Assembly (NCBI RefSeq): GCF_963676685.1
Contig: NC_092353.1
Span: 84,320,001 to 84,384,000, forward strand
Reading direction: 5' to 3'
Length of the DNA: 64,000 nt
From: Mytilus edulis
Lineage: Eukaryota
Each line of letters opens with the position of its first letter. Position 1 is the first letter of the stretch. Below are positions 28,609-42,400 of this stretch, one piece after another. The notes beneath the pieces were generated by a model. It did no database searches and was not told the origin of the DNA. It worked only from the letters and a program-made list of their open reading frames with translations. The position numbers and the translations under genes were made by a program.

Positions 28609-31600
28609 TACGTATAAGATGCCCCAAAAGAATGTGCATAAGCAGAAATTTAATAGTTGCATGTCATTGAACTTTGATTTAAAACAGTTCAACTTTCTTT
28701 TTACTCTTTTAAAGAAAAATCGGAACAATTAATCTTTTTTGTCTTCTACTATTATTTAAAAGATGTCCAGCATCGATTAGGACAAAAATTCTAGCACCTA
28801 ACCTAATCTTTTTAGAACAATTTTATTAACCATGCTTACCGTGAAACAGAACATAGTAAATACGTACTATGTATTCAATAAATATTGTCTTAAATTTAAA
28901 GGTTACTGAATAGCCTTCAATAATGAGTAAAATAAATACTGAATAGCAAGAAGTTTACTTACGTATCCCATTTTGTGTGTCAATAATAATAAAAATAATT
29001 TGACTTATCAAACTATACGTCATCTATACGAGATTTTGTAAGGTCATGCATTATCATCATACCGTAATCAAAAATCATTGTAGGCTGATACAGTGTTACT
29101 GAATGCAGATAATTCATAGATTATAACTAACATTAACTTTTATCTCTCAAAGTTTAAAATATAGTGACACAGACCAAACAAAAAAAATGTCACGTCATCT
29201 GTTCATACACTGATGAAAACGGATTTAAATAAAAATCAAATGTATGAATAGCTAAGGTCTCTTCTTAACAAACAAGCTTCATAAAGATCATAAAACTTTT
29301 TACCAATATTGTTTCTTCTTTTAACATGCCTATTCATACGTACTCGAGTAACACTCGGTAGTACCAAGTATCAAATACCAATTATACTCGACTATTTGGT
29401 TTCCTGTTAAAATGTTATTGCTTTCCTTACTTATCAAGTGCACCTCCAGAGAAATTAAATATTTATGAAAATTACGTTTCTTATGTTTGTGCTTAATTGT
29501 CTTTTAAAACCTCATCAAGAGGCAGATCTAAAGAACCAAGTTAAAGTTTTTCGTGCAGAGATTAAGAGTAACAACCATGACCTTCACAACTTACAGTATC
29601 AATTGAGAGGCTTAGGGAGGAAAAACATTTGTATCTTGTAAATGGTTTTACAATGATACAGTAAATATGAAATGTATAGTATTAAACTGTACTCTTAGGA
29701 TGTACCTGTTTTTAAACAAATATTGTTTCTACTATGATGATTAAAAAACAAATATTTACAATCAAGGTGGAGAGCTAAGTTTATTTTACCCAACCAAAAG
29801 TTTTTAAAGGATAACTGTTTTAAAAAACTTTATTTTCTTTCTATTGAATTTTTTCAATGGCTTGTCCACCTTATTATGGTATTCTAATGGGCTTCTTTTG
29901 TTCAATCTTTTGTTCAATCTTTTGTCAGCTAAACTACTGTGTGTCTTTATATCATGCTTTTTCTTCTTAACATTGGGAACATTCACTCTAACATTTGCAA
30001 GAGTTAAAGAGTTAGCCAGCCTTCCATTTGAAAGAGTATGTGATTATTTTATTTTATATTAATATGTTTTAAAAGGGGGAGGGAGAGGTTGTGCATTGTG
30101 CATATTTTGTATTTGTTTATATATAGATAGTACTGTTTGTCTTTAGCCTAACAAATCAACTGATTAGGTCAAGTTTTGTTTTGTTAATTTATTTAGAATA
30201 TAAATGTTCTTTAGATTGTTTCATTTTACATCTTTTTAAAATAGTTATAGATATTACTCCAATATGGATGATATGTGATACAATGCATAGGCCTTATCTC
30301 TGTTAGCAACCCAACAACCGAAAAAACCCAGAATACACCTAGAGTCCAACATTCAACTATGCATTTATATTGTTAGATAAAAATAAGAAGATGAAAGGTA
30401 AAGGAAAGAGGAGACAGATGGATGAAGATGAAACAGAAGTTTTATCTGAAATGAACGGATTTACAGACAGAGTCAATGAAAAACAATATGAACCAGAAAC
30501 ATTTACTGATAGAACTCATATATCTGATGTGATAAAAGAAAATGAAGTGTTAAAATCAAAGGTAGGATTTACTCTCTGAGCCTTTATGTATGATATTGTA
30601 AAGTGAAAAATAAACTGAACTTGTGTCAAAAGTGAAGGTAGTGTTGCCTGATACATCGATATCCCAATGTTGACCATCATTAATATGATTTTTAGGAAAT
30701 TCGTGACTCGTGTGAAGAAATAAACATTTTGCCGCCAATTCCTCCCCCCCCCCAAACTAATAACAAAGGAAAATAATCCATTTATTAAAATTACATGTAA
30801 ACTGAGCCCATGATCAACTGGAACCACAACAAGACAAAACTGTATGACTCAAAACCATGTCACAAAAAATATAATTTAAAAAAAAAAAAAAATGGAAATA
30901 CTTACCTACCTACCCTATTTTTTTTTTTAAGTATGTAACCATAAACAGACATATAATTTTTTTGGCCTAATATTTGCCATTGGATAAACAGCAGTTATCA
31001 ATCATACAATCAACTAAAGTCCCTAATAATCACCAATACATCTTGACGTCTTTTGATAGAAATCAGTTGGTATCTGATAGAATGACTCTTAATAAATAAT
31101 ACTTAAAATGATCATTTAATAAGCGTCCTATGTGACACATGGCGCTTACCGGAGTTGTAAGTTGTAACTTAAAATGCTTATTTAAAAAGCTGATTCATTG
31201 AAATATACGAATTTTTTATAGAATTAGAGAGTACAGAGTTACTTCTATGACTTCTCACTCAGTTCAAGGGAAATTACTCTTGATGTCCTCACTCTGTTCA
31301 AGGCAAAAAACACTTGCTGCCCACATTCCATTTAAAAAAATAAATCTTGCTTCCTTCATTTAGTTGAAGGAACATTACTATTACTAAGTAACAGAATGAA
31401 TAGCTTCAGGTAATATATGTTTAAGTTTTATTTTATTAGGTTGATGAACTACAGCTAGAGGTAGATACACATAGGATTGAATTACAGAAATATCAGGCTC
31501 ATTTTGAAGATAAGAATCGTAAAACAAGAGAAAAATATGAAGAACAGGTACTTGTACATACATTTGGTAGTTTTATTAGAATGAGTTATTATAAGTATCT

Positions 31601-32072
31601 ATGGGATTTAGGAATTTGGTTGAGAAAATGCAGAGGGTGTGTTAATAATTACAATGAATTGTTAGGCTATCTATTTATTTTCACTATATTGAGGAACTTA
31701 AAAGGAGGCTAGTCACATGTATGCTTTAATTGTAAAATTGTTTAATAAAAATATAAAAAAAAGTAAAAACACAAAAATACTCAACTCTGAGGAAAATTCA
31801 AAAAAGAAAGTCCCAAATCAAACATCAAAATCAAAAGTTCAAACAAATCAAACAAATGGATAACATCTGTCATATTCCTAACTTAGTACAGGCATTTTCT
31901 TATGTAGAAAATGGTAAATTGAACCTGGTTTTATAGCTAGCTAAACCTCTCACTTGTATCACAGTCGCTTCAAATTCTATTATATTGTCAACGATGCTAC
32001 ACTGTTGAAAGATTGACTTTTAAACAATGTATGCTGAGATTTGGAATGGGTGAATAAATTTGAGTTCCTTAA

Positions 32073-32692
32073 GGGCATACGATACAGTTACAGGGGAGGT
32101 AATGACGTTGCTAACGTAAATTGTTATTTTCGCGACGTCAAACTGTGACATATCGGGAAAAGATGCCTTTTTCGTCTGATTTTTATCATTCAAACTGATT
32201 TAATTTGAAAACGAGTTCATGGACCCCTATTTTTCAAAACAGCAATTTGTTTCATTTTGCAGGGTGATTATGTGACCCAAATTTTATAAAACTGTTAATA
32301 TAGGATTTTATTTTAATTTTGATAAACATGCAGCCAAAAATGACGTATATTCCTCAATTCATGAACATTTGATAAATATGAGTTATTTCTGAATAAAATA
32401 TGCATAATTTTTCAGGGTGCTTATAAAATACAGAAATTACCGATTATTTAACAAAAAACAGTTTTTGTTTATCTTTTATAACAAAAAAGTTATGTCTTTC
32501 TTTCGAAAAAGAAGTTATGTCCACAAATCTGAATTTTGAGCAAATATACAAAATTTCGACCTCATTTTACTCAAAAAGTAGCACATGAAGGTAAATTTTT
32601 TATAACATATTTGATTTAATCAGGTAAAAAATAGACGATATGCAAATTTTCACGAACTTATAAATACATGATCAAAACTGTATCGTATGCCC
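32073..32692. mobile_element. 620-bp MITE with 17-bp TIRs and TTAA target duplication (Kolobok-like)
   Basis: TTAA-GGGCATACGATACAGTT...AACTGTATCGTATGCCC-TTAA. Purine termini with a TTAA site fit Kolobok better than piggyBac. Confidence 0.85.
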
Positions 32693-33840
32693 TTAAGGGA
32701 TTTGTTATTGTAATTTTTTGTGAAAAAGATAAATTGCATGCTGAGATAACTTGAATAGACAAAAGTTAAATCAGCATCTCATTGAAATAAAGTTATTGTG
32801 AAGGTAAATATTTATTTTGTTCTCCTTGATATAACCTTTCTGTTAGGTTAAATATTTTGTGATAAAACAAATGTAGTAGCCTTTTTGCCTTGAGTTTGAG
32901 TTTTGCCTTGATCAATATAAAGACTGTAAATCATTAGGAAGAGCAAAGACTGATTCATAATAATTTGTAAGGGTAGGGTGACAAGTTTTCCTGTTGGGAA
33001 ATAGCAAGTTAAAAATCAGGTTCAGTTTGTCTGTCTGGTATACTCAGTCTCATATCGCAGTAACATGATTGATTGAATGTTGGTTGCTTTTCGCCTCATT
33101 AGCACAAAAATCATGGCGAGAGCAAATAATATATTTTTAGTTTGAATAAAATTGAAAATGGAAATAGGAAATGTGCCAAAATGACAACAACCAAACCAAA
33201 GAAAGGACATAAAGCATATTTTTAAAATCAGACAAAAGGTCCTTCAATAAACTAAAATTCTTGACTAAAGCAAATTGATTATTTACAAATAAAAATCAAC
33301 AGTAAGAAAACTCGATAGAAATATCACCCTAACATAATCCTGTCCAGTAAATGCATGTTTTTGTCACATGACGTTAAACTGTCATCCAATCACCAATCAA
33401 AATTGAGCTATGTGTTTTATATATAGTTATCAATAAAAATGTCTTGAAATTTACCTTTTCATAGATTGGTGTACTAAGATCTTCACACTAGAGGGAGCTA
33501 CAGAAATTTTTGGCTGACAACGCTTTACAACATTCTGCTTCTAGAATGGCAGAGTTACAATCAAAAACAGATGCTCAATAGGTAAGAGTTCATTAGATAA
33601 GAAGATGTGGTATGAATGCCTATGAGACAGCTCTCCATCCAAGTCACAATGATTTAAAAGTAATCAACTATAGGTCAAAGTAATCTTAACCTTCTTTTCT
33701 GTTTTATAATTTTATAAAAAAAAATATTCATCTTTGTGAGGTAATGGCTTGCACATTTGATGAATAAAACAGTAAATTATTAAAATAGATGATTATAAAA
33801 TTCTTTTTTTCAGGTGATGATAAAACATTTAAAAGACAAG

Positions 33841-34258
33841 ATTTTGATTGAGTTAAGTCTGCCAATTGATATTTTATCGTATGTTTTTCTTTGTTGTGAT
33901 GTTATGCTATTGTTTCAGAAAAAGGGAGAAGGTTTGGATCCATTAAAACGTTTAATCCCGCTGCAAATGTTTGCACCTGTCCTAAGTCAGGAATCTGATG
34001 TACAGTAGTTGTCGTTTGTTTATGTAATATATACGTGTTTCTCGTTTCTCGTTTTGTTTATATAGATTAGACCGTTGGTTTTCCCGTTTGAATGGTTTTA
34101 CACTAGTAATTTTGGGGCCCTTAATAGCTTGTTGTTCGGTGTGAGCCAAGGCTCCGTGTTGAAGGCCGTACTTTAACCTATAATGGTTTACTTTTTAAAT
34201 TGTTATTTTTATGGAGAGATGTCTCATTGGCACTCACACCACATCTTCCTATATCAAG
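33841..34258 (-). mobile_element. Truncated interspersed repeat inserted in the last CEP162 exon
   Basis: Splits ...HLKDK | LNKSHLN.... CAAG occurs at 33837-33840 and 34255-34258 (possible target-site duplication). The terminus resembles AGAAGATGTGGTATGA(G/A)TG copies at ~7290 and ~33600. Confidence 0.7.
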
Positions 34259-36099
34259 TTAAATAAATCACATTTAAATTCCGAACAGCTCTCTATACTG
34301 CAGATACAGAATGTCAGTTTAGAAAACCAAAAACAAAAAATTATTAAAAATGCCAAACACACAGCTTCTGTGGAAATGGACCAGGAAGCAATTAAATGGA
34401 AAGGAATTGTTGATTCTAAAAATAGTGAAATTCAAAGATTTAGAACAGAATTAGATTCCATATTAGATGTGTTAAAATTACTCCACAATTAAGGAGTTGT
34501 TATACCTGTCAGTGCAGCAGTGTCATAGCAGTAGTTTTATTAATTTAAAATTTGTATTAATATTCCGTCCTTTATATTTTTGAGATATTTTAGTCTGTGG
34601 TACCTTAGGGAAAAAGAAACTTTCTATAATTGGAATTCTTTATTGTTTAACTATCATAGTGGGTCAATTTCTTATGATCTGTTGTTTGAAAAGACAAACA
34701 AATTATTTTAGAATGTTCTGAATTTGCATAGATTTCTAAAATGTTTTTGTCAATTATTAGAGCAATGTCTTCAACTTTTTGTTCAGAATTATGAAAATGT
34801 TGCTGTTGTAATACCATCAATTATAAAATGTCTACACAATTTAACGATGTGGTGCATTCTGTTTGTCACATGTGTTGTTTTGTGTTCCATGAAAAATTTG
34901 TTTTATAACTGTTAACATACCTCATTTAATGTTATTGTGTAAAACAAAAATTTTGATATTGTTATCTTTCGATGTAAAATTGATCAGTTAATGCTGACTG
35001 ATTCATGCTACATTTTACTGAAATCTTTATATTTTTTCCCTGGTCAGTTTTATTTTGAACATCAACTTTTTACTTAAACATATAAATTTATTTTCTAATC
35101 AGTGTAACACGCTGATCTGGAATTGTATTTGCAAGAACATAATACTGGGAGATTTCTTTGACTTGACAAGAACAAATTTAACAGTGTATATTGAATATGG
35201 GTCAGGTCTTCTTTCATACTTTTCCCTTTTTTTTACAAAATCTTATGAAGCCAAGAATCTTTTCTAATATAAGGTGTATTCAAGAGTATTGAGAGACTTT
35301 ACAGTAAAAGGGCAACACAAATTAGGGATGGATCTTCTTTCAAACAGCATCCACCAAACTTTATAAGTTTTTTTGATTAGTTTCCCTCTTTATTTCCTCT
35401 AGAACCTCAGTCTAGATTTTTTCCTTATTTTAAAAAGTTATCTACTTTGTTTACCATTTGTAAGTACCAGATTTTTGAAAATACTTTTTTGTAAAGAATA
35501 CTTTCGTATGATGTTGTATTTTCAAAAACGTATGTTTATGCAACTAAATTAAAAGGAGATCATTTCTTAACAAATGTCTCCTTTTCAGTACTAGAATTAT
35601 TTAATTAAAGATCTTCTTGAAATGAATGCAATGTGCTCTACTTCGATAAGATTTTGTATGATGTTGTAAGACTTACAAAAGTTGTGTCAAATACTTAGTT
35701 TTGTTTTAGTTTTATTAAATAATTTATTTTATTTATCATTATCATAATTTTACATATTGTTTAAAATTATATACATAAAATGGACAAAAATTTTATAATA
35801 AATTTACAATTATATATTTGTTTTTTTATAGATTCAGGAGAAATTTGGTTTGACCTTTTGATATTTATCTTATTTACTTCAAATGTCTGTAAGGAATCTG
35901 TTTCATTACTAAATATGCCAAAACCATTTTTTTTTTCATTTCCCTGAAAAAGGTTTTAGGTCATATAGAAATGTTATAGATACTGTTTACAATACAAGCA
36001 TATATTTAGTTAAGTTCTCAGCAAATGATGAGGAATTTTCTAAATATTCAAATGAAATTTATCTCATCAAACGGAACATTCATAGTGATAGATATATTC

Positions 36100-36970
36100 C
36101 TTTTTGTCACCTGTGTAACACGTTGCAGGGGACATGGAAATACTGGGCGTCCTTCTGTCGGTCCAGTCTTGTTAGCGCTCTCGCATGTACAATTATTGCC
36201 AGAGTTTTATGAAACTTTTATCATAGGTTTATATCAACAATGTTTTAGCGAATTTGAAAATTAATGCCGATCAATAATTTTAAGAAGAGTTATGCCCTTG
36301 GAAATATTATTCATATGTAAAATTGCCTTATGTGCTCTTTAATATGTACAGTTCTTACCTATACAGATGCCCTATGTTATGAAGTTTCCATTTGTCATAT
36401 GTCCTTTGTCCTTGACCTCATTTTCATAGTTCAGTCACTGGTTTGAAAAAAACAACATTTAATGGTTTTTGTCATTTGAATTTATCACTTATGAGTAATA
36501 GGATGATATAATTTGCAGGGTTTACATGTCCGGCAGATAGGATTCATTTGACCTCGACCTTATTTCATTGATCAGTGATCAAAGTCAAAAGTTACGTGAT
36601 AAAGTCTGTTTCTCAGATACTATAAGCACAAGGTCAACTATATTTTGTATATGAAATGATTGTTAGGTGTACATTTCAGAATGGAAGGTTTCATTTTACC
36701 TTGAACTTATTTTCATGGTTCATTTGTCAATGTTTTGTGTTTTGGTCTGTTTTATCAGATACAATAAATGATAGGTTAGCTGTGTCTGGTGTATTGATTT
36801 ATTATAGGGTATACATGTCTCTCTGGCAGGGTTCATCTTGGCCTTGTTTTCTTAAACATGGATGATCGATAAAATGAATTCTATTTGCCATTGGTAGTAA
36901 AACCTTCATCTGGATGACTTTCTACATAATATCGATCATGATAAGTAAAGCAGTGTGTACTGTTGTTCCT
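36100..36970 (+). mobile_element. Old degraded HINE-like element
   Basis: tttttgtcacctg...caggggaca 5' hairpin, residual gtcc-type microsatellite, internal repeats of ttgacct(c/t)ga(c/a)ct(c/t)attttcat. Confidence 0.45.
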
Positions 36971-37127
36971 CTTATTATATTTGGGGATATAGGACATCAT
37001 TACAATACTGACAACAATACCTTTCTCGCCGGCCAAAATAATAAAGATGAAAGTCTACAAGGTAAATTACTCCTCTTGTTTGAAAGATATTAAAAATGAT
37101 TTCATATGTTCACAAAGGAATGCAGAT

Positions 37128-38339
37128 GTGAGCTTTCTCATCACTTGGCGTCCGTCGTCATCGTCTGTTAACTTTTACAAAAATCTTCTCCTCTGAAACT
37201 ACTAGACCAAATTTAACCAAACTTGGCCACAATCAACAATAGAGTATCTAGTTTAAATAAATGAAGAATGTGTCCCCATGGACACAGATGATGCCCCTGC
37301 TTGCATACAACATTATAAAAGGACATAACTCAAGAACAATAATAGTGACGCTACCCAAATTTGTCCTTAATCTGAGTTTTGTGGTAATAAGTATTGTGTA
37401 TAGGGTTCGTGCTGTTTATTCTTTGGTTTTCTATGTTGTGTTATGTCTTCTTTTCTTTTGTTTGTCTGTTTGTCTTTTTCATTTTTAGCCATGAAGTTGT
37501 CAGTTTGTTTTAGATTTGTTTTTATGAGTTTGACTGTCCCTTTGGTATCTTTCGTCTTAAGATTAAAGTGACGCCACCAAAATTCAACCTTATCTTTGTT
37601 TTGTGGTAAAAAGCATTGTGTACAAGTTTCATAACATTTGGTTGAGGCAACTTAAGTTAGAGAACGGAAACTAAAAATTTTGCATTTCTTTCCATTAATA
37701 AAGGGCATAACTCGAGAATGGCTAAAGTGACCCCCCCCCCCCCAAAAAAAAAAATAATTCAAACTTGATCTTTATTTTTTGGTAATAAGCATTGTGTATA
37801 AGTTTTATTACATTTGGTTTAGGCAAACTTAAGTTAGAGAACGGGAAATAAGAATTATGCAATTTTTCCATTTATAAAGGGGCATCACTCTAGAACGGTT
37901 AGAGTGACGCTACCAAAATTCCCTCGATCTGTGTTTTGTGGTAATAAGCATTGTGTATAAGTTTCATAACATTTGGTTGAGACAAACTCAAGTTAGGGAA
38001 CGGAAACCAATTTTGGAATCTTAACCTGATGAAAATGTTTATCCCATGTCAGATTTGATTTAAAGGCTTTAGTTTCAGATATATAAGTCATAAACTGCAT
38101 TTTACCCCTATGTTCTATTTTTAGCCATGTCGGGCCAGGTGAGCTAAACATGTGTCTAATGACCCCCCCTGCCAACAAACATGGTCAACAAGGCTAAAAA
38201 TAGAACATAAGGGTAAACTGCAGTTTTTGGCTTATATCTCTGAAACTAAAGCAAAAGTATAAGTGTTGCATTATTTCATGCATCAATTGTAAACAGAAAT
38301 ATCAGGTGAGCGACACAGGCTCCTTGGAGCCTCTAGTTT
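37128..38339 (+). mobile_element. Rearranged HINE of the 26815-28608 family with nested fragments
   Basis: Shares catcacttggcgtccgtcgtc and the 3' end caggtgagcgacacaggctccttggagcctctagt. Contains an unrelated ~170-bp tandem block (37261-38020) and an inverted self-fragment (38020-38147). Confidence 0.7.
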
Positions 38340-38450
38340 AAGAAGAAAACGATACTATTTCAAGATTACATGCAGGATGTTGATGCCTGAAAAAAGACTG
38401 AATAAACCAGAGACAATCAATGTCGTTTGATTGATCGTGTGCAATAACTG

Positions 38451-39207
38451 CTGTGAAAGTATTTTAATTCGTGGGTATCAATGTTCGTGGTTTGAGCAAT
38501 ATTTACATGTTCGTGGGTTTTTAAATTCGTGAATTTTAGTTTTCTTAAATAAAAATTGAAAAATTAAAGCCTTTAGAAACGAAGGTTACAAATAGTCTGG
38601 ATTGAAGGAAATTGCAAAGTAAACATTGACTCGTGTAAATCGTAGTGACAACACTAATTAACCCAAGATAAAGTGATCAACAGATTAAGGACCATCAAAG
38701 GTGTTAATTAGGCCATAAACATGTCACCTAAAGAAATCAGTATCATAAACAAATGCTATAATTGTATCTTGAATTGTCAAAAATTCTAAATCAAGCCCAG
38801 CATGAAATAATTATTTCCCATATGTACGAGAAATATGAGAATATAAAATGAACACTTTATCATACTAGCATATATGCTAATCAATACCGGAAATCTGACT
38901 TTCATCGATTGTTTTTTTATGAGAATTAAAAGTCAAAAGTTGTACAGTTTAGGTTATTTAATATTAAATTGGTATAATCCTGCATGCAGTTATAGTGCTG
39001 TGACTGCTATTAAAGTATTCTCAGATTCGAGGTTATTCAATATATTTTCTAGATCAGTCATATCAGTAGTCAAACCTTCATGGGGATCTTTCCATGTCTT
39101 GATTTGGACAATGGTTATTTTATTTCGTTGGACAATTAAATTCGTGGATAAAGTCATCCACGAAAACTACGAAAATTGATACCCCACCAATAAAAGTACT
39201 TTCACTA
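38451..39207. mobile_element. ~750-bp MITE with imperfect ~40-bp TIRs
   Basis: ctgtgaaagtattttaattcgtgggtatcaatgttcgtggttt versus the reverse complement of aaactacgaaaattgataccccaccaataaaagtactttcac. Confidence 0.7.
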
Positions 39208-39406
39208 TGTTGAATTAATGAGATGAAACATTGAACTGTTATCAAAAATTATGAGCTAACCTGAGAAAAATTGTTAAAGGCATGATTTTCATCTCAAAAC
39301 TTGAGAATATTTGTGGGATTGAAAAAAAAATTTACTTATACAAGTAATTTTTTAGAAAATTTAGGGGAGATTATTCAAACATTATAATTAACTTAAAGAA
39401 GTATAT

Positions 39407-39412
39407 TTTATT
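39407..39412 (-). promoter_or_regulatory. Candidate polyadenylation signal (AATAAA) of the ancestral full-length transcript
   Basis: tttatt on the + strand ~70 nt downstream of the reconstructed terminal stop. The AT-rich context makes a chance match plausible. Confidence 0.35.
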
Positions 39413-39478
39413 TACTTCAAATAAATAAAGATTACTTGTACAAGTAGTACTCGTGACTGATTAATTTTTAAACTACTG

Positions 39479-42400
39479 CTATGCATAATAATTAATATTA
39501 TTGTTCCATCTTTCCAATAAATGTACAATATTTGTATGGTTTTCTCTTCTAGTAATAGCTAATGGTGTAAGTCCTCTCCATTTCCGGTAACAGTCTGCTT
39601 TATGTTTCAATAAAAAAATCAACAATTTCTGCATGGCCTTTATAACATGCTATAAATATGGAAGATTCTCTATTTTCTGTACACTTATTAATGTCTGCCT
39701 TATTATTCATTAACATCTGAAATACTTCAGTATGCCCTTTCCAACAAGCAATGTACAGAGGTGATTCTCTATCAGTATCTCTACGCTTATTAATGTCTGC
39801 CTTATTGTTTATAAACATCTGAACTACTTCAGTATGTCCTTCCTGACAAGCAATGTACAGAGGTGATACTTCTTCATCATCACACTTATTAATGTCAGCC
39901 TTATTGTTTATTAACATCTGAATTACTTCAGTATGTCCGTCCTGACAAGCAATGTACAGAGGTGATACCTCTTCATCATCACACTAATTAATGTCTGCCT
40001 TATTGTTTATCAACATCTGAACTACTTCAGTATGTCCTTCATGACAAGCAATGTACAGAGGTGATACTTCTTCATCATCACACTTATTAATGTCAGCCTT
40101 ATTTTTTATTAACATCTGAACTACTTCAGTATGTCCGTCCTGACAAGCAATGTACAGAGGTGATACCTCTTCATCATCACACTTATAAATGTCTGCCTTA
40201 TTGTTTATCAACATCTGAACTACTTCAGTATGTCCTTCATGACAAGCAATGTACAGAGGTGATACTCCATCAGTATCTCTATACTTATTAATGTCTACCT
40301 TATTGTTTATAAACATCTGAACTACTTCAGTATGTCCTTCCTGACTAGCAATGTACAGAGGTGATACCTCTTCATCATCACACTTATTTATGTCTGCCTT
40401 ATTGTTTATAAACATCTGAACTACTTCAGTATGTCCTTCAAGACAAGCAATGTACAGAGGTGATACTTCTTCATCATCACACTTATTAAAGTCAGCCTTA
40501 TTGTTTATTAACATCTGAACTACTTCAGTATGTCCGTCCTGACAAGCAATGTACAGAGGTGATACCTCTTCATCATCACACTTATTAATGTCTGCATTAT
40601 TGTTTATCAACATCTGAACTACTTCAGTATGTCCTTCATGACAAGCAATGTACAGAGGTGATACTCCATCAGTATCTCTACACTTATTAATGTCTGCCTT
40701 ATTGATTATAAACATCTGAACTACTTCAGTATGTCCTTCCTGACTAACAATGTACAGAGGTGATACTTCTTCATCATCACACTTATTAATGTCAGCCTTA
40801 TTGTTTATTAACATCTGAACTACTTCAGTATGTCCTTAAGGCAAGAAATGAACAGAGGTGATTCTCCAGAATCTCTACACTTATTAATGTCTGCCTTATT
40901 GTTTATTAACGTCTGAACTACTTCAGTATGTCCTTTCTGACAAACAATAATCAGAGGTGATGATCCAGTTTTTCTACACTTATTAATGTCAGCCTTATTG
41001 TTTATTAACATCTGAACTTCAGTATGTCCTTTATAATAAGCAATGTACAGAGTTGATTCTTCTGTATCTCTACACTTATTAATGTCAGCCTTATTGTTTA
41101 TTAACATCTGAACTACTTCAGTATGTCCTTTCTGACAAGCAATGTAAAGAGGTGATGATCCAGTATCTCTACACTTATTAATGTCTGACTTATTGTTTAT
41201 TAAAATCTGACCTACTTCAGTATGTCCTTCCTGACAAGCAATGTACAGAGGTCATACTTCTTCATCATCACACTTATTAATGTCTGCCTTATTGTTTATT
41301 AACATCTGAACTACTTCAGTATGTCCTTAATAACAAGAAATGTACAGAGGTGATTCTCCATTATATCTACACTTAATAATGTCTGCCTTATTGTTTATTA
41401 ACATCTGAACTACTTCAGTATGTCCTTTCTGACAAGCAATGATCAGTGGTGATGATCTAGTTTTTCTACACTTTTTAATTTCAGCCTTATTGTTTATTAA
41501 CATCTGAACTACTTCAGTATGTCCTTTATAACAAGCAATGTACAGAGGTGATGATCCAGTATCTCTACACGTATTAATGTCTGCCTTATTGTTTATTAAC
41601 ATCTGAACTACTTCAGTATGTCCTTTCTGACAAGCAATGTACAGAGGTGATGCTCCAGTATACCTACACTTATTAATGTCTGCCTTATTGTTTATTAACA
41701 TCTGAACTACTTCAGTATGTCCTTTCTGACAAGCAATGTACAGAGATGATGATCCAGTTTTTCTACACTTATTAATGTCTGCCTTATTGTTTATTAACAT
41801 CTGAACTACTTCAGTATGTCCATTATGACAAGCAATGTACAGAGGTGATACTTATTCATCATCACACTTATTAATGTCAGCCTTATTGTTTATTAACATC
41901 TGAACTACTACTTCTGTATGTCCTTTCTGACAAGCAATGTACAGAGGTGATGATCCAGTATCTCTACACGTATTAATGTCTGCTTTATTGTTTATTAACA
42001 TCTGAACTATTTCAGTATGTCCTTTCTGACAAGCAATGTACAGAGGTGATGATCCTGTATATCTACACTTATTAATGTCTGCCTTATTGTTTATCTACAT
42101 CTGAACTACTTCAGTATGTCCTTTCTGACAAGCAATGAACAGAGGTGATGATCCAGTTTTTCTACACTTATTAATGTCTGCCTTATCATTTATTAACATC
42201 TTAACTACTTAAGTACATACATCATGACAAGCAATGTACCGATGTGATACTTATTCATCATCACACTTATTAATGTCAGCCTTATTGTTTATTAACATCT
42301 GAACTACTTCAGTATGTTCTTTCTGACAAACAATGATCAGAGGTGATACCTCTTCATCATCACACTTATTAATGTCTGCCTTATTGTTAATTAACATATG

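Larger units (their letters stand above)
29510..34528 (+). pseudogene. CEP162: Unprocessed, 5'-truncated CEP162 (centrosomal protein 162 kDa) pseudogene; exons ~29510-29644, 30377-30561, 31440-31547, 33465-33581, 33814-33840 + 34259-34528
   Basis: Spliced translation YEPETFTDRTHISDVIKENEVLKSK/VDELQLE.../IGVLRSSH*RELQKFLADNALQHSASRMAELQSK.../...FRTELDSILDVLKLLHN*GVVIPV matches the CEP162 C-terminus as I recall it (FRTELDSILDVLRELHRQGVVVPV). In-frame stops at 33489, 33579, 34490; repeat inserted in the last exon. The first exon is frameshifted and least certain. Confidence 0.85.
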
